NCBI RefSeq assembly: GCF_009914755.1
Contig: NC_060925.1
Length of the DNA stretch: 64,000 nt
Direction: 5' to 3' (one strand)
From: the human T2T-CHM13v2.0 reference genome, Homo sapiens
Part shown: positions 22,096 through 42,444 of the stretch, piece after piece
Numbering within the stretch: the first letter of the stretch is position 1
How the letters are laid out: each line of letters opens with the position of its first letter
Translations under genes and position numbers: made by a program
The notes under the pieces: model-generated
What the model was told of the DNA's origin: nothing
Databases searched by the model: none
What the model saw: the letters and a program-made list of their open reading frames with translations, nothing else

Positions 22096-23073
22096 TTACT
22101 TTATATAGTTATAGTATAAACTCCTTTTTCTTTTATTTTTTTTCTTTTTTGAGATCGAGTCTCGCTCTGTCACCCAGGCTGGAGTGCAGTGGAACAATCT
22201 TGGCTCACTGAACCTCCACCTCCCGGGTTTAAACAATTCTCCTGCCTCAGCCTCCCAAGTAGCTGGGACTACAAGTGTGTGCCACCACATCTGGCTAATT
22301 TTTTTGTATTTTTAGTAGAGATAGGGTTTCACCACGTTGGCCAGGCTGGTCTCGAACTCCTGACCTCAATTGATCCGCCCTCCTTGGCCTTCTAAGGTGC
22401 TGGGATATAGGCATGAGCCACCGTGCCTGACTTATTTATAGTATAAACTCCTTAAGGGTAGGGACTATGTATTATACTGTTTTATCCTTCATGTTACATG
22501 TAACAGTATAGCACAGTGGGGTCTCAGTAATGGTTGGCTTGATATGCTGATTTGACCTAGATAACAAAAAGTTTATATTTTTGAAATATTAATAACTTGA
22601 ACATTAAAACCCATCCATTTACAGTTAATTTATTTTAGAGATATATTTTTCTCTAAATATCCTTCTTTAGACAATTATAATAGTTCAAGCTTATGCATTT
22701 GGAATTAGGTAGTCAATGGCTGAATTTTATAGTAGTTGGTAAATACTATAGGACATACGGGCTTATTTATATAAATGTTCTAATACTTATATTTGGTAGC
22801 CATTATTAAAGTCTTCGAATCATAGTTAAGTCTCCATGGTAGCAGTGGTTTCGTGATTATGTTTTAATGGATGCAGTATACGATAAAGTTAATTCATAGT
22901 TAAAGTTTGGTACTGATTTAAATTAAATCATTTGAGAGGCCAGGCACAATGGCTCACACCTGTAATCCTAGCACTTTGGGAGGCGGAGGTGGGAAGATAG
23001 CTTGAGCCCAGGAGTTCAAGACTAGCCTAAGCAAAATAGGGAGACCCTATCTCTACAAAAGAAAAAATAGCTA

Positions 23074-23211
<138 letters not shown>

Positions 23212-23834
23212 TCAAAAAAAAAAAAAAAAGAAAAAAATTATTTGAGAATTGTAAACAATTAGCTAAACAAACTTGCTAAATAATCAGTTTGTTGCAGTCT
23301 TGGCTAAGAGCCTAATAATTCAATGAAACAGCTGCATATCCTCTCCTCCTCTTGGGCTACAGACATTTTTTTTCTGTGTACTCCTTAAACTACTCTCTCT
23401 CTTTTTTTTTTTTTTAACTACTCTCATTTTTCTAATGAGCCAATTAAGATGACATCTCAGGCCACATATAAGAAAAGAGTATGAGAAGAGACATTTTAGA
23501 AAAGATAAAAGTGAAAATCACGTAGATTCCTCATTTCCAAGTGTTGCTTTTACAATTAAACATTGTGAAAGTGTATGTCAACTGAGCATGTGTAAATACA
23601 TTCCTACTACCTTAAGTGTAAAGTATTATTTTGAAAAAAATTATCATATTGTTTATATGGATGAACAATGTAGTACTATTTTATAAGTAAAATAGAGTTC
23701 ACCTGTTAAGACTTTATTTACCCTAAATGTGCATGTGAGAGGTATGTATGTGTGGTATACTTGGGCTGAGATTCACAGGCTGAGATTTCTGAAAAATTGG
23801 ATTATAGTACTGCCGACTAGAAGGAACCACTAGA

Positions 23835-24153
23835 TCTGCACTGTCCAACACAGTAGCCACTAGCCACATGAGACTCTTAAGCTACTGAAATGTACCTATC
23901 TGAATTGAGGTCAAAGTGTAAAATACATGCTGTATTTCAAATATTTAGTACAAAAAATAAAGAATGTAAAGTATTTCATTGATAATTTGTATTTTGATTA
24001 TATGCTGCAATGATAATATTTTGGATTTACTAGGTTAAATAAAATACATTATTAAAATTAATTTCACGTTTCTTTTTACTTTAAAAAAATATGGTTTCTG
24101 GAAATGTGGCTTGCATTTGTAGCTTGCTTTATATTTCTGTTGGACAGCACTGG
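23835..24153. mobile_element. MER33/MER3-like hAT element
   Basis: cactgtccaa..gtagccactagccacatg ... ttggacagcactg termini. Confidence 0.8.
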
Positions 24154-24611
24154 TCTAAATAGTGTGATCTTTCAACACAGGCAAAATGTTATAATGAAAT
24201 ATTAGTTTATCAAGACCCATTTAAAATGATGTAGAAACTCTAGCTCTTTTTAAAATTTTTTGGCTAATACAGTGTTTTTGGTTTTGAGACAGTCTTGCTC
24301 TGTTGCCCAGGCTTGAAGTGCAGTGGTGTCGTGATCATGGCTTATTGCAGCCTCATCTCCCTGGGCTCAAGTGATCCTCCTGCCTCAGCCTCCCAAGTAG
24401 CTAGGACTACAGGTGCATGCCACTACATCTGGCTAATCTGTTTTATTTTTTGTAGATACGAGGTCTCACTATGTTGCTCAGCTGGTCTTGAACTCCTAGA
24501 CTCAAGTGATCCTTTTGCCTTGGCTTCCTAAAGTACTGGGATTACAAGTGTGAGCTATCACCCTGGGCCTAACTCAGTGTTTAAAATCAGTGTAAAGAAC
24601 ACTTTATTTTA

Positions 24612-24803
<192 letters not shown>

Positions 24804-27800
24804 TCAAAATGCCAGAAAAGTATATTAGCTCGCCATACATTCACTAGTCATTAGCAAGCTTTCAAGGACTTATTGTAAAAGAGGGTAACAAAGAAGGGCT
24901 AGTTGTTGCTTGAATATTTTATTCATCCCAGTTAGAATAAGTTAGTTCTATACTCCCCAAAAAAGGAAATGATATATATATTTTTTGGATACAGGGTCTT
25001 ATTGTGTCACTCAGGTTTGAATACAGTGGCATGATCACGGCTCACCTGCAGCCTTGACCTCCTGGACCCAAGCCATCCCCCTGCCTGAGCCTCCTGAGTA
25101 GCTGGGACTACAGGCACATGCCACCATGCCTGGCTGATTTGTAAATTTTTTGTAGGGATGGAATTCTCACTTTGTTACCCAGGCTAGTCTCAAACTCCTG
25201 GGCTCAAGTGATCCTCTCACCTCGTGCTTCTAAAGTGCTGGGATTACAGGTGTAAGCTACTGCACCTGGCTGATTTATTTTTTTAAGTATAAAATATGTC
25301 TGATCCCCTGGGTGTCTCCAAATCTAGTAATTTCTATACATTTAAAGCAATTTTATTTTCTTGTTTTTTGAAAGGTAGGTACTTTTTAATTTTTTAAACA
25401 ATTTAAAATCTTGTTTTAAAGACCACTAGACAAAAAAATTAAATGTATATATTATAGTGCTTCGGGGAAAGTATTATAAAACCAAGCCATGACACAGTAT
25501 CAACATTTGAAAACTTGGGGAATTACTAATATTACTGTAGCGATAAAATGGAAATTTTGATGATACAGACAATAGTCCACAGAGAATTATGACTAAAATT
25601 ATTCTTCCTACCAACCATTTTAAGTTAGTTTGCCATCTTATGTTGGTGCTCTTGGAGGCTTACAAATTATTATTATTTGAGACAGGATCTCCCTCTGTCA
25701 CCCGGGTGGACTGCGATCACGGCTCACTGCAACCTTGAGCTCCTGGTCTCAAGTGATCCTCTAGAGTAGCCAGAACCACAGGCGTGAGCCACAGCGCCTG
25801 GCCAGGAAGCTTACAGATTATTAATGAAACTTTGTTAAGAACCCTTTACCTTACTGACAACCAGAAAAGTAATTTCACTGGTTTGGGAATAAATGGACAC
25901 TTAAGAAATGAAGCAACCTCTTCAAGTAATTTTTTTTCAAAGACCAAACTATTGAATTAGTGCTTTTTGAAGAGCATAAAAGAGCAGTCATCAAGTGTGA
26001 CATTAAAAACTTTCAGCTGGGTGCAGTTGCACATGCCTGTAATCCCAACACTGGGAGGTTGAGACGGGAGGATTGCTTGAGCCCAGGAGTTTGAGACCAG
26101 CCTGGGAGACATAGTGAGAACCTGTCTCTACAAAAAAAAAAAAAAAAAAATCTATATCTATATCTATATCTATATATCTATATATATATTAGCAAGATGT
26201 GGTGGTGGTGTGAGCCTGTAATACCAGTTACTTGGGAGGCTGAGCCCAGGAGAGATCATGGCTGCAGCGATCTGTGACAATGCCACTGCACTCCAGCCTC
26301 GGTGACAGTAAAACCCTGTCTCCATAAAAAAAACTTCGAACAATCTGACCGTAACTTATTTTCTGCCAGCTTCCCAGGGCAAGCCTTCCTAATTTGCATG
26401 CATTAATCTCACCAGTATTTTTGCTGTATCAAATACATTTTATGCTCTTTTGCTTCTTGACTTAGTGTTCCTGATCCAAATTGCAAATTCTCCCTTTCTC
26501 TGTCAAAATCTATCAGTCTTTCATGACTTTGCTCACAATTTTCTGTTCTGAAGTCTTTCCTATCCCCACCACTCCAGCCCAAGTTGAGGATAATAATTAA
26601 CTTTTTTTTTCTTCTTTTCTTTTTGAGACAGTCTCCCTCTGTCACCCAGTTTGGAGTATAGTGGCATGATCTTGGCCCACTGCAACCTCCACCTCCCAGG
26701 CCCAAATGATCCTTTCACCTCAGCCTCCTGAGTAGCTGAGACCACAGGTGCACGCCACCATGCCCAGCTAATTTTGTATTTTCACGGGGTTTTACCGTGT
26801 TGGCTGGTCTTGAACTCCTGGCCTCAAGTGATCTGCAGTCCTTAGCTTCCCAAAGTGCTGGGATTACAGGCGTGAGCCACCGCACCGGCCTCTGTTTGAC
26901 TATCTTTAAAGCTCTTAAAACGATCTCATTTCGTTATTAACTTTTTATTGTTTGTCTTCCCCCTCTAGAATGAGTTGAATGAGAGCAAGGATAATGTCTA
27001 CCTAGTTAACAGCACCTAAAATAGTGTGTGACACAAAATAAACACTCCATAAATATTTGCTGAGTGATTGAAATACTTTATTTGTGGAAAATGTGCACTA
27101 TGATAACCACCTTTTTAAACAGTTTGTGTACCCATCAAATACTATAAAATGGACAGTCAGATACTGTTGACAAATTCCAAATATAATGAATCCAAACTAC
27201 TGTCATTGCCTAAAAAAGGACATTTACAGGTAAGGGGCGTGGGAGAGTAGGATTTCTAAAACAATTTAAGCTTAAATGGATAGGGCTTAATGTCTTAAAG
27301 ACACTTGCCTTAAGTTTATGTATTTCAGCTTGTAACGTAGATAAGGTAAGAAGTGAATCTCTTTAAAATTTCTCAGCTGAGTGCGGTGGCTCAGACCTGT
27401 AATCTCAGCACTTTGGGAGACCAAAATGGGTGGATCGCTTAAGCCCAGGAGTTCTAGACCAGCCTGGGCAACATGGCGAAACCTCATCTGTACTAAAAAT
27501 AGAAAAATTAGCCAGGCATGGTGGCATGCCTGTGGTCCTAGCTACTCTGGGGGCTGAGGTGGGAAAATGGCTTGAGCTCAGGAGGTCGAGGCTGCAGTGA
27601 GCTGAGATTGTGAGATCAGGAACACAATCAGCCTGGGCAACAGAGTGAGATCCTGTCTCTAAATAAATAAATAAATAAATAAATAGATTTTATGGGTCTG
27701 TATCTTGGCAACACATACACAATAAATAAAAATTTCCCTATTTTTCCCCTAAAGACAAAGTTGCATTTGTAGCCATCACAAAATTAAAAGGTACTGTAAG

Positions 27801-29059
27801 TATTATGCTCTGGAACCTTTTCACAGGAATGAGAATTGAGGGTCTGAGTTGCAAACTTACATCAAGCATTTGCTCTATAGCAATCTATGGTAATGATACC
27901 TCTTAGTGCTTACTGGTTTTTTAGGAAATTATAGTATGTAGAGGTAAGATATAGTCCGTTATTAAATGGCCAATAATTTGATTTTATATAACTATTTAGA
28001 TATTATCTTAAAAACAGGTGAAACATTAGGATAGACACAGCCTAGTACCCTCTAGTTTTATGTAAATATTGGAACAGTGTATGTTTAAGAATTGTCAAGA
28101 ATATCTTAGCTCATTATTAGACTGTAGCTATAGAAAAGCTCTTTGAAATCTTATCACTTGAGTATCAGATGTATGTGAGAAAGCATATGGAAGTATTTTA
28201 TAAACTGTAAAGTATTATATAAATGTTATTATGGGGAAGGCATAGAACAGGTTTTTTTTTTTTTTTAACACTGAGAAGATAGTAAAATTCAGAGATAAAG
28301 GTCTGAAAAGGGAACTTGGCAAGAGGCAAGATCTTGGGGGATGCCAGACTCCTTTGGGGGTGAATCTGGTAGTTACTTTAATGCTTTATGCCAAGTAAAA
28401 CTTCCTGAGTCAAAGGAGACTATTTGTCAATAAACATCCAAGTGGTAGCAAAATAGTTTATATAGCTTAAAATACTGAAAATAATGTATATGTAGATGTC
28501 ATATAAATTGTAGTGCTGACACATGTACTATCTCATCTGACTCTCACAATAATCTTTGTGAGTTAGGTATTCAGATAATTTAAATGATTCATCTAAGTTA
28601 CTCACCTGTTAAGTGGGAGAACTGAGATTAGAAACCAAGTATTCAGATTTTTAAGTCTTTATTCTTTTGTACTAGCCCTCTAAGAGGAATTGATAAATAA
28701 TGGTTTCCCCTAGATAATTTTCAAGTAATTTGGTACGACTGAGATATGTGAGGCATCAACAGATATTAAGGCTGGACAGATCTTCTGATTCCAAAATCAA
28801 ATATATATACTTTAAGAATATAAATATTGGAACTGAAATACAATGAATGCTACCTATGGGAAGTTTTAATGATTTTAAATTTTAACAAAATCAACATGAA
28901 TGAGTAGCAAATATTAACTGGAATATTTAGAAATACCAATTGGACAGCTGTGTGTGTATGTGTGAGTGTGTGTGCATGTATGCTTATAAATAAGAACATT
29001 TTGTTATGCATATGGTATAGTAATTTTCCTGGAAAAAAAATTTTCAAGTTCATATGAGA

Positions 29060-29335
29060 TCATCATCATGATAAGAGTAGCCAGCACTTTGGTATTCCTC
29101 ACTACGTGCCAATCACATTTAAGTATCACACATTGATTGCATTTAATCCTCACAACAATCCTAAATTGGTATTAATGTTACCAGCTTAACAGTTAACAGA
29201 GTTAACTCTGTTTGACAGATGAGGAAGCTGAGGTCAGAGAGATTTAAGTCCAAGGTCTTACAGCTGTAAGTAGTATTACCAGGATTCTAACCCAGGCACT
29301 CCAGCTCCAAAATCTATGCTTTTAACCACTATATT
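29060..29335 (-). mobile_element. MIR
   Basis: catttaatcctcacaacaatcct..acagatgaggaagctgaggtcagagag..ccaaggtc..ctatgcttttaaccactat. Confidence 0.8.
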
Positions 29336-29524
29336 ATGAATATTCCCTGGGTGTCACCTCGGCAAATATAATCACTTTTACATACTCTGAGGTTATATAT
29401 TCAAATATCTAAAGCACTGTTAACAGAGTTTAAAAGAGCCTCAGTTTATTTGCTTATTCTTGGACAGGAATTATTGGGGAATGGAGGTCATAATTTTCTA
29501 ATATGAATGACTAAGAAATTTCAT

Positions 29525-30650
<1,126 letters not shown>

Positions 30651-32300
30651 GTACTTTTCTTATAATAAAGGGAAGATAATTGTGTTTTCATGGAATAATC
30701 TTACCAATGTTTGAGTAGCAAAGTAAAAATTTAAAAATGCAAGTGCTAATTTTTATATCTTTGTTAAAAATGCAGCATTCTTTAGTTTTAAGGGAAAAAA
30801 TGTATGTCAGTTACTAACTCAAGCTAGTTTTTGTTCTCTTCAAACTTTCCGTCACACATACATGTAAGCTATAACATCATATAAGCAGCATTTATGTGAT
30901 ATCTAAATATTCCATATAGACTATTTCTATGTATTTTTTTGGTTTTATTTTAACCTTTAAAAAAGCTTTTATTTATTTTACTTTTATTAAATAAGCTTTG
31001 ATCTCAGCTCTTCTCTGTTCCATTTCCCCTACAGGCTACCACTACTCTCCCTTTTACATACTCTTCCTGTTTTTGTCATAATTATTTGCAGGAATGACAA
31101 TCCCAACCCCTCCCCCAAATTGCCGCATTCATATCATACAAACTTGGATGACCAAGATTTAATGTAAAGTGATCGTATTGTATAATGGATTTTCAACTCC
31201 TAGGTAGTAGAGAAGACATCTCAGTCTGAAAAAGTGAATGTAAGGGTAAAATATCTCCAAAATGCTATGTACTTTTAAAGATGATCATCTTGATGCTTTA
31301 CCCTATTTCATCTATTTGCAATGGGTATATTTGTACATATAATTATTGTCTTTAAATTATTTTCTAAGGATAAATTCCAGGTGTGGTATTTATAGAGCTA
31401 TTAAAATAATATTTAGTGGCTTTTACTATTGCCAAATGTTTGAATTATTTACAAAGCTTTACAAAGCTATAAGTGTGCAAGTATCTGTTCATTTTACCAA
31501 AAGCTAGCCAGATTGTTGTATTAATACAACAATCACGTAATACAACAATCGCGTAAATCACGATTATATTTGCTTTCTTATTAACTTGAAATGTCAAAGT
31601 TGAGGTGAATTCTTGCTTTTCAACTTTACAATTACGATTCTTATGTGTGTGTGATATTTAAAGAAATGTGAAAATCCCTTTTCACCCTTTTCAGTGTCTA
31701 GGGAGCCAGATTTCTTTCCGTCTGTTAATATATAATACAATTTCTCACAAATATGAAAGACCCGGTCTTCAGGTTCTCTAAAATAATTTACTGTGTCAAG
31801 TTTTGATAATATTCCTAGCTCTCTGAAAATGATTGAATCAAATAAGTGTCTATTTTTTTTTTCTGCAAACACTACCCGCCAGAACAATTTCCGGTTGTTA
31901 AATAGTAAAGTCACCGTTCCTTTGGTAAGGAATATTTAAAGGAACTCCCTTGGAAATGAATTTTGTAATAGGTGATTTTTATTCTGTTTTTACTCTATGT
32001 GATACTGATCCTTGCACTGGATTTCAGTTTGGCAATATGCTTTTTAAAACTGGGAGTCTTAAGGTGACTGGATATTAGCATTTTTCACTAAGTTTTTTGG
32101 ATTTGAAAGTACCTTTTGATATTATTTCTTGGTGAGGCTAAAAAAATTGATAAATAGCTGACAAACCTCTGTAACCTACAGGTAGGCTAGATCAATGTTA
32201 TACATTTCTAATGTCATGGTGTTGTTAAAGTAGAGAATTTTGAAGAGTAGAAAATCGTAGCTGTCAAAATGCACAAAGATGAACATTCAGAAAGAATTGC

Positions 32301-32307
32301 TGAATCA
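32301..32307. promoter_or_regulatory. AP-1-like site TGAATCA upstream of DNAJB4
   Basis: Variant AP-1 heptamer about 1.45 kb upstream of the proximal promoter; agrees with my recollection of a described HLJ1 AP-1 enhancer (unverified). Confidence 0.5.
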
Positions 32308-33599
32308 TCATTGCTTGGCATATAGAGTAGGCGTTCTCATTTCTTTAAAGGTTAACACATGATTATTACCCTTTATTATATTCTAAACATATATGTACAT
32401 TTTCTTTTCCTCATAAAGGTTTTCTAACATTTTATTTGGACTGTGTGCAATTCTTCTGACTTTTCTTATTTATCTCTCTAATAGAAATGGGAACATTTTT
32501 GAAAAGATGAGAAAACCATACAGGAGATAAAAGATGAGTTATATACATAGAAAATGTCTCATAAATACCTGAAATATGTTATACTTTCAAAAGCAGGCAT
32601 CAAAAGGGTATATAAATGCTATGATCTAACTTTGTTAACAAAAAATTATAAAACTACAGCAAATAACCATGAAGATTTATAGAAAACAGAATTAGAAGTA
32701 AATACAGTAATATTTAACAGGGATTACCTAAAATGATATTATAGGGAGATTTTTAAAAACTTTTTTCTGCGTTTTCCAAAATCTCCAACAATGAATATAT
32801 ATTTATAATTAGGGAAATGTGTTTTTGAAAGAAAAAATATTTCTCATATTACTGCCCCTTAAGTGGCATATCCAAATTTTACATTGATGCAGTTGCAGTT
32901 AAGTCTTGTAAGGAACATGAGTATGTACTGTCTGTAACCTGATACTTTGTTCTAGCTTTCCTGCAGCACCACAGTTCTTTAAATAGGGATCCTGTGGGGC
33001 GGCTGCAGGGGACGGGGGTTGAGGGGTGGCAGGGACCTCATTCAGTTTTAGTTTAGTTGAAGTAACTAAGTTCAGATACTAAAATTTCAAAAATAAGTAT
33101 TTGTTTGCCAGAACTATGAACTCATGTATACTAGAAATAACTAGTTAGCTAAAATCATGTTTAAGTCCTTTACTTATTTTAAAATAACGCATTTGAATTT
33201 TATTATAGATACTCCCTTAACAATGTGAAACTAGTACACAAACTTTCTGGCGTTTCTGATTGATAGACCCCAGGAATTTTGAAGACGACGTAAATTACTT
33301 GGAAATCCTAATTTAAACAACCTGCGTTTTGGTATTATATACTTAACAGACAAATAGCTTAAAATTAAAAAATCCCTAAAGTAGAATTGTCGTTCCTTTT
33401 ATCTGTATATTAACTTTAACTTCTTTTAACATAGGGTGTTTAATGACTGTGATGATTTTCACCTAGTATGGAGTACATAAATATATAGTTGTGACATTCT
33501 GTGTTGAAATATTGGCATGTTAACCCATTTGTCCTGTTTAATTAGGAAATAAAGACGGTAGAGCTAGTCGGAAAATGAATAGTTAATCGTGGAGGAGGA

Positions 33600-33933
33600 G
33601 AAAACATAGCTCAGTACTTTGACTAGAGGCAGCTGGGAAAGTGACGTCCTGTAGCATTTGCTGTTCTAGAAAGTACAGAGACACGTAGTGAAAATGGGAG
33701 GATCTAGAAGGAGGCTGTCTCCTGTGTAGTGTATATTTATCTGTAAGTGAGCCGTTGGGGAAGGATTGAATACAGAGACGCTGTCTGCTTGCTGCCTTAA
33801 GACAGCTAGCTGAATTGCTGATTAACTTTTAAAATACCCAGCTTGGTTTATTTTTCTTAGAATCTGTTGCTAAGACTGGGGACGCTGTTTTCTTTTACAA
33901 AGGGAAATCTAAGTTAATTTCAAGGCATTCGAA
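33600..33933 (+). promoter_or_regulatory. DNAJB4 proximal promoter and 5' UTR with CRE-like, HSE-like, HRE-like and TATA-like motifs
   Basis: TGACGTC 33642-48; TTCTAGAAAGTAC 33664-76; CACGTA 33682-87; TATATTTA 33732-39. Confidence 0.65.
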
Positions 33934-34144
33934 ATGGGGAAAGACTATTATTGCATTTTGGGAATTGAGAAAGGAGCTTCAGATGAAGATATTAAAAAGG
34001 CTTACCGAAAACAAGCCCTCAAATTTCATCCGGACAAGAACAAATCTCCTCAGGCAGAGGAAAAATTTAAAGAGGTCGCAGAAGCTTATGAAGTATTGAG
34101 TGATCCTAAAAAGAGAGAAATATATGATCAGTTTGGGGAGGAAG
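33934..34144 (+). CDS. DNAJB4: DNAJB4 (HLJ1, class B Hsp40) coding exon 1, J-domain with HPD motif
   Basis: [16 protein letters not shown]...FHPDKNK...YDQFGEE; Kozak GAAATGG; donor AAG|GTAAGT after 34144 (211 nt, phase 1). Confidence 0.98.
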
Positions 34145-36122
34145 GTAAGTATTCTCTGTATATCTTTCTGTCTCTTCAGCTCTGTCTCTTTTTTTTTTTC
34201 TCTCTCTCTCTGCCAGCCTTTTTCCCCTCTCTCTCAGCTTGTTAAGGTTATCCTTAAATTGGATTCTCAGTCATATCAAAAGTAGAAGGACAAATGTATA
34301 ATAACAAGGTTTCATCTCTGATCATATGAATGAGTATTGCAGAGCCATGAATGAAATGTCCTTGTTTGCCTTTTTTATTTTAGCATTTTGTATTATACAT
34401 ATTTTATCATTAGACTTACAATGTTAACAATGTATATTTTAAAATAAACCTTGAATTCCCATACCTATTAGTAAATTGTGTCAAAAGTCTTATGAAACCT
34501 GTTTCGTTTTCTAATGAATTTTCTGCCAGAACCAATAAAGAGTCTTTAGTCATTTAAAACCTTAAGATTGGCATTTCAGATTCTGAGTAGTTTATAGCTT
34601 ATTCACAAAAACAAAAAGTAGTTTTTTGCCTTTCTTATAGCAAGGCTAGTTTAGACTGAACAAGACAGAGTTGTGACTCTCAGAAGCAGAAGGCGCAGGC
34701 ATTTAGCTTCTAGTTGTTTTTGGCATTCTGCCTGGAGAGGAAAGAATTTTCCTGATGTCATAAAATACCAGAACAAGTTTTTAGCTTAATTGTAAACAAT
34801 AATTTTGTGCCAAGAAAATGAAATCTCAGAAATACAATTTTTGACCTAAAATGGCCACCTAGTTAGAATAATTACTGATTTACTTTTAGATAACATTATT
34901 TATTTAGAAATTTTACTATCTAGGTATAGAGAAAAACATGACAACTTCCCTTTCCTCTCCCTGCCATACTTTTGTTTTTTGCATTGTGAGATCAAAAACT
35001 AGTGAGCACAGTAAAGGAGGATAATTTCAGATTATCCTTTTCTCATTCTGCATTTTAAATCAGGTTTGTCCATCACTTCCATATAAACGGGGCTATGAAG
35101 TAAGACTATTTTAAATTGCTAATTGATAACACAAAAAACTTTAACTTGTACTGTTTTGGGGATTTTCAACTTTTAACATCAGGACTAAGTTATTTTATTA
35201 TTAGTTTTTCTCCCAAAATACTGGCTTTCAAATCACTGTAGCTATGAAAACTTGTTATCCCTTTGATTCCTTTATTACATTTAACATCAAATTTTCCTAA
35301 TTAGAAATATATCCTTAAAATATAGTCAAGCAGTGACTGCTTATTTTGAATGAAACAAATTAAATGTAGACAAGCAGGGTGATTGTATATAGAGGGTTTT
35401 TTCCTTTTTGTTTTGTTTAGCTTTTTTGGTCTATGAGTTGCCCAAAATTGAAGTTTATGTTGCAGGTTTTGGTGTGGTGAGGACCTACAGTGTCAGGTTC
35501 TTACAAAGTAAATATTGAAAAAGGCAAATACTGGGCAGTTCAATCTTGCATGATACCTATGGCCATATTACCCAAAATATCATGACTTGGTTTATCTCAA
35601 AAGCTAAGCAGGATTCTGAGATACTACCAATAATGTACTACTATTTCTAAAGGAGTAATTTTGTAATTTTGTAAAGAAATTCACAAACATGGAATGACAC
35701 TGTGAATTCCTGTGAAAAAGCAGATATCCACTGCTTTGTATTTAAAATATTTTGCAACAATTCACTGATAGCTCAAGTTTGTGGCTAAGCCATTGGATCC
35801 AGGGTTTAGTAAGGATATTTGTCTTCAGAATTTTCAAGTCACCAAATGATACATTTTTCTTGATTTAACATTATCTCTTAATAGTGCTTTTCTAGAGTGA
35901 TTTTTCTCATTTAATTTTTATTGGTCATTACACAATGAGTGAATTTTTTAAAAACTAAATCACCCTGAATCTGTATACCCTGGGTTTTTTTTTTTAACTT
36001 ACATAATTGATATAAGTGATAGAAGGAAAGAGTGAGGAGAGAATGCCTTTTTTAAAACATAGAAATATATTATGCAGAAATACCATTCTCTAGTTATAGG
36101 TTACTTGAAAATACAATTGAAT

Positions 36123-41692
<5,570 letters not shown>

Positions 41693-41875
41693 TTAACTTA
41701 GGATGTAATCATCAAGAGTTTTATAGCTGTTCTGTATTTAGTAAAGTGGCATTTCTGGCCAATATTAATACATTTTAATGTAAGTTAGCCAAAATTTATT
41801 AGCAATACAGTTTTTAAAAGTTTAACTTTTAAGAGTTGCAAGCTTTTTTCTAATCATGCTTATCTCTTCAATTAG

Positions 41876-42444
41876 GGTTGAAAGGAGGAGCAGGAGGTAC
41901 TGATGGACAAGGAGGTACCTTCCGGTACACCTTTCATGGCGATCCTCATGCTACATTTGCTGCATTTTTCGGAGGGTCCAACCCCTTTGAAATTTTCTTT
42001 GGAAGACGAATGGGTGGTGGTAGAGATTCTGAAGAAATGGAAATAGATGGTGATCCTTTTAGTGCCTTTGGTTTCAGCATGAATGGATATCCAAGAGACA
42101 GGAATTCTGTGGGGCCATCCCGCCTCAAACAAGATCCTCCAGTTATTCATGAACTTAGAGTATCACTTGAAGAGATATATAGTGGTTGTACCAAACGGAT
42201 GAAGATTTCTCGAAAAAGGCTAAACGCTGATGGAAGGAGTTACAGATCTGAGGACAAAATTCTTACCATTGAGATTAAAAAAGGGTGGAAAGAAGGCACC
42301 AAAATTACTTTTCCAAGAGAAGGAGATGAAACACCAAATAGTATTCCAGCAGACATTGTTTTTATCATTAAAGACAAAGATCATCCAAAATTTAAAAGGG
42401 ATGGATCAAATATAATTTATACTGCTAAAATTAGTTTACGAGAG
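41876..42444 (+). CDS. DNAJB4: DNAJB4 coding exon 2, G/F-rich linker, helix V (DPHATFAAFFGG) and CTD-I
   Basis: Acceptor tctcttcaattag|GG, donor GAG|GTAAGT; 569 nt; in frame with exon 1 (211+569=780). Confidence 0.98.

Noticed and set aside
31594-31914. 106-aa minus-strand ORF in unique DNA
   Set aside because: Non-ATG start and no recognisable homology
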